Positions 4,794 to 7,814 of a stretch of DNA of 7,814 nt are shown piece by piece. The DNA is from Candidatus Wukongarchaeum yapensis (lineage in GTDB: Archaea > Asgardarchaeota > Wukongarchaeia > Wukongarchaeales > Wukongarchaeaceae). The translations under genes and the position numbers were made by a program. Numbering within the stretch: the first letter of the stretch is position 1; each line of letters opens with the position of its first letter. The DNA lies in contig JAEOSI010000098.1 in assembly GCA_016840425.1 (NCBI GenBank), forward strand, positions 1 through 7,814, written 5' to 3'. The notes under the pieces are model-generated. The model was not told the DNA's origin and ran no database searches. It saw nothing but the letters and a program-made list of their open reading frames with translations.

Positions 4794-7181
4794 TTAACGC
4801 TGGAACTCTTTCATCTTTTCCGCCATTTCTTTCAGAGTTTTGTCTACTAGGTAATTTACTGTTCCTTCTTCAAATGTTCCGTCAGGTTGTCTTTCGCCTG
4901 CCTTTACTCCTGTAAGGATCTCTATTCCTTCGTCGATGGTTTTTACGGGGTATATGTGGAAGTTGTCCTCTTTTACGGCTTCCACCACTTCTTCTTTCAG
5001 CATCAGGTTTTGTGTGTTGCTTTCGGGAATGATTACTCCTTGTTGTCCTGTGAGGCCCTTGGCCTTGCAGACCTCGAAGAAACCCTCTATCTTGTGGTTT
5101 ACACCACCGATTGCTTGAACTTCGCCATTTTGGTTTACTGATCCTGTGATGGCGAAGTTCTGTTTAATAGGGAGTCCTGAAAGACTGGAAAGGATCGCGT
5201 AAAGTTCGGTGCTTGAGGCGCTGTCTCCCTCGACTCCCTCGTAACTCTGCTCAAAGACTAGGCGAGCCGAGAGACTAAGGGGCTTGTCTTGAGCATACTT
5301 CTTAGCCAAGTAACCACTAAGTATCATAACTCCCTTGGTGTGAATGCGTCCTCCTAACTCGGCTTCTCGCTCAATATCAATGATCCCGTCTCGACCCATG
5401 CCTGTGCTAGCGGTAACACGGGAGGGTCTTCCGAAGGAAAAGTCTCCAAGGCTTATGACTGAGAGACCGTTTACCTGTCCTACAGCCTCGTCCTCCGTGT
5501 CGATGAGGTAAATGTTCCGCTGGATCATCTCTTGAATCTTCTCTTGTATGAGATTAGATCGATATATCTTTTCTTCAATGGCCTTTTTAACGTGGTTAAC
5601 GGTTACGTATTCAGAGTTTTCTTGGTTGGCGTAGAAGTTGGCTTCTAAAATAATGTTAATTATCTCACCGAACCTTGTGGAGAGCTTCTCTTGATCTGCA
5701 GCTAGTTTAGAGCCGTATTCGATTACTTTAGCTACGGCTGATGCATCAAGGTGTTTTAGGTTCTCCTTTTGGCAGAAGCCACAGATGAATGACGCATAAT
5801 TTTCCATGTTCTTTTCTGTTCGGTCCATGATGGTGTCGAAATCTGCCTTAACTTTGAACAGCTCTTTAAAGTCCATATCTAGCGTGTACAGCATACGGTA
5901 GAGGTACGGGTTTCCTATGAGAATTATTTTAACGTTCAGCGGGATGGGCTCTGGCTTCAAGCCCTTTGTGGTGATGAATCCGAAGCGTTCCGCAGGTTCC
6001 TCAACGGTAAGCTTCTCGCTCTTTAGAGCCATCTTTAAGCTGTTCCAAGATAAGGGTTCCCGAAGCAAATCTTCGGCAGGAATAACTAAGTACCCGCCAT
6101 TAGCCTTGTGAAGGGAACCCGTACGAATCATAGTTAAGTCTGTGGTTAATACGCCAAATTGTGTCTCCTTCTCTATCTTCCCGTATAGGTTTAGATAGGT
6201 TGGGTTGAGTTCTACAATTACTGGAGCGCCTTGGAGATCGGAGTTATCTATTATTACGTTCACTTCATATTTTCTAAAAGGAAGTTCCTTCATCCAAAAT
6301 AATTGAAAGGGAATAGGGGTAGCTGGAGCTTTAGGCTCTTCTACGAACTGCTCCACCTTATCTAATATATCAGCTTTTACCTCTTCTAAGTAAGTGGCAA
6401 CATCGGCAAACTCCTCATATTTTTCTATCAGATCAACAAACAGATGATCAATGGCAAAAAGGGCAATCTCACGATTCAATTTTTCAAGTTCTTCGTTAGC
6501 CTTTCTCTCTAAGCCCCTTATTTGCCTTACAGTGCTTCTTAGTTCTTGAGCCAATTCTTCTCTTTTTCTTTGAATTTGATCCCTCATTTCTGGGCTTAAT
6601 TTATCGAATTCTTGCTCTTTTAAGGGCTGTCCATTTACCACTGGAATGATAACCAAACCTATGGGACCGGCTTGAATGATGAATCCATCTTTCTGAGCCT
6701 TCTTGTTGATCTCGGTAAAAAGTTTGTTCCTTTCTTCCTCGATAGTTTTGATCGTTGCTTCCCTTTTGGTGGCATAATCTTCGCTTTTGAACGCTTCAGG
6801 AAGTCTTCTTCGCACCTCGTTGATGAGATTTGTCGTGTCTTTTTGCAGTTCTTTTCCTTTGCCTGGGGGCAGTTTTATGGCCTTGGGTTCATACGAGTTT
6901 CTAAAGTTGTTCACATAGCACCAGTCAGAAGGTACGGGTTTCGTTTTGGCTATCTTCTCCAAGAATTCTTTTACCGTGGCCTTCCTCCCCGTTCCTGGGA
7001 TGCCAGCCACGTAAATGTTGAACCCACTCTTCTTGATTTCTAAGCCAAACTTGAGCGCTTTTAACGCCCTATCTTGACCAACAATTCCCTCAAGAGGCGA
7101 TAAATCCTTGGTCGTTTTGCACTTCATGACGTTGGGATCAACTATCTTTCTAAGCTTTTCAGGAGGTAATTCATGCTGCAT
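4794..7181 (-). CDS. Soluble Lon-like serine protease of the LonC type (AAA-like domain with coiled-coil insertion plus Lon protease domain), 795 aa
   Basis: GIVGQDRA, Walker-A-like GIPGTGRK, GSLHKANGGYLVI, and protease domain EQSYEGVEGDSAS ... IGGVNHKIEGF. Catalytic Ser (5220-5222) and Lys (5091-5093) are 43 residues apart. No TM segment. The start is moved from GTG 7187 to ATG 7181 because the SD AGGTG sits about 7 nt upstream of that ATG. Confidence 0.93.
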   Translation of the reverse strand: MQHELPPEKLRKIVDPNVMKCKTTKDLSPLEGIVGQDRALKALKFGLEIKKSGFNIYVAGIPGTGRKATVKEFLEKIAKTKPVPSDWCYVNNFRNSYEPKAIKLPPGKGKELQKDTTNLINEVRRRLPEAFKSEDYATKREATIKTIEEERNKLFTEINKKAQKDGFIIQAGPIGLVIIPVVNGQPLKEQEFDKLSPEMRDQIQRKREELAQELRSTVRQIRGLERKANEELEKLNREIALFAIDHLFVDLIEKYEEFADVATYLEEVKADILDKVEQFVEEPKAPATPIPFQLFWMKELPFRKYEVNVIIDNSDLQGAPVIVELNPTYLNLYGKIEKETQFGVLTTDLTMIRTGSLHKANGGYLVIPAEDLLREPLSWNSLKMALKSEKLTVEEPAERFGFITTKGLKPEPIPLNVKIILIGNPYLYRMLYTLDMDFKELFKVKADFDTIMDRTEKNMENYASFICGFCQKENLKHLDASAVAKVIEYGSKLAADQEKLSTRFGEIINIILEANFYANQENSEYVTVNHVKKAIEEKIYRSNLIQEKIQEMIQRNIYLIDTEDEAVGQVNGLSVISLGDFSFGRPSRVTASTGMGRDGIIDIEREAELGGRIHTKGVMILSGYLAKKYAQDKPLSLSARLVFEQSYEGVEGDSASSTELYAILSSLSGLPIKQNFAITGSVNQNGEVQAIGGVNHKIEGFFEVCKAKGLTGQQGVIIPESNTQNLMLKEEVVEAVKEDNFHIYPVKTIDEGIEILTGVKAGERQPDGTFEEGTVNYLVDKTLKEMAEKMKEFQR

Positions 7182-7576
7182 ATCCACCCACCTTTAAATA
7201 ACCCGTTTTTTGATTAAATTTGAACTTAGATGGTTTTTAATCTAAAAAACGTTTGCATTATAAACCATTTTGAAATGGCACTTTAATGTCGTTGCAAGAC
7301 TTCACGAATCAGTTTTCAGGTAAAATTTAGAAATAAAAGATGAATCTTCATTAATAAGAGTTAAAAATCAAAAATAAGCTTTAAAATATGAGTATATAAT
7401 AAACAGGGGTTAAAATACAATAAATTATTTTTTCCCATATATAACGTTCAAAAACAATATAACCAACAGGTTAAAATATTTTTAGTAAGGCTAAGTATGA
7501 AGTTTAACTTTTCCCATGACCTAACAAGAGTCCGGAAAGGAAGGTTGTAGTAATAAAATAATAATCGGTGTAGCCA

Positions 7577-7814
7577 TTGGTTGATGTAAGTATTTTGACT
7601 TTCAGCGTTGTCGCGATATCAATAGCATTCGTCCCATTATTAGCCGAAAAGTTTCACTTACACTCAGTAATTGCAGAAGTTGGCGTCGGTCTATTGGTCG
7701 GTCCTTATGTATTAGGAATTGTAAAGCTGGAGGAATGGCTAGATTTTCTAGGGGTTTTAGGCCTTATTTTCCTACTATTTTTAGCAGGATTAGAGTGCAA
7801 CTTAGAAGAGTTAA
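7577..7814 (+). CDS. Cation:proton antiporter (CPA2, KefB/NapA-like), N-terminal 79 codons (runs off the right edge)
   Basis: Manual translation from TTG 7577 (GGTG SD at 7567-7570, in-frame TAG at 7571): MVDVSILTFSVVAISIAFVPLLAEKFHLHSVIAEVGVGLLVGPYVLGIVKLEEWLDFLGVLGLIFLLFLAGLECNLEEL. It contains the CPA2 motifs GLLVGP..LG and LLFLAGLE. Not in the ORF track. Confidence 0.9.
   Translation, partial: MVDVSILTFSVVAISIAFVPLLAEKFHLHSVIAEVGVGLLVGPYVLGIVKLEEWLDFLGVLGLIFLLFLAGLECNLEEL

Noticed and set aside
4887-7043. Plus-strand ORFs 4887-5141, 4936-5118, 5917-6111 and 6672-7043
   Set aside because: Antisense shadows within the Lon-like protease gene, with no motifs.
1-7814. CRISPR array, or a unified TPR-ZnF-RDD-Lon proteolysis or defence system
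   Set aside because: There are no regularly spaced repeat-spacer units. The genes lie on mixed strands, are separated by a tRNA and an IS remnant, and show no operon structure linking them beyond the RDD-ZnF pair.

Overview
AT-rich archaeal chromosomal window. SD motifs are GGTG/GAGGTGA and the tRNA has two bulge-helix-bulge (BHB) introns; a TACK lineage such as Bathyarchaeia is my inference, not shown directly. From left to right: the 5' part of a PRC-barrel gene (minus, missed by the ORF track); a small TPR protein; a membrane-anchored Cys/His zinc-finger microprotein; an RDD-family membrane protein; a 260-nt strand-asymmetric T-rich tract with internal repeats; a 5'-truncated IS200/IS605 TnpB-related RuvC gene followed by a structured omega-RNA-like 3' end; a short hypothetical ORF; tRNA-Leu(CAA) split by two non-canonical introns (D-loop 21/22 and variable-arm loop); a stand-alone FNR-family oxidoreductase; a soluble LonC-type protease; and the 5' part of a CPA2 cation:proton antiporter (missed by the ORF track). 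The best-supported unusual feature is the double-intron tRNA. The most speculative leads are the RuvC-only TnpB relative with its RNA scaffold and the TM-anchored RING/B-box-like protein. I see no clear evidence of a complete new multi-gene system.
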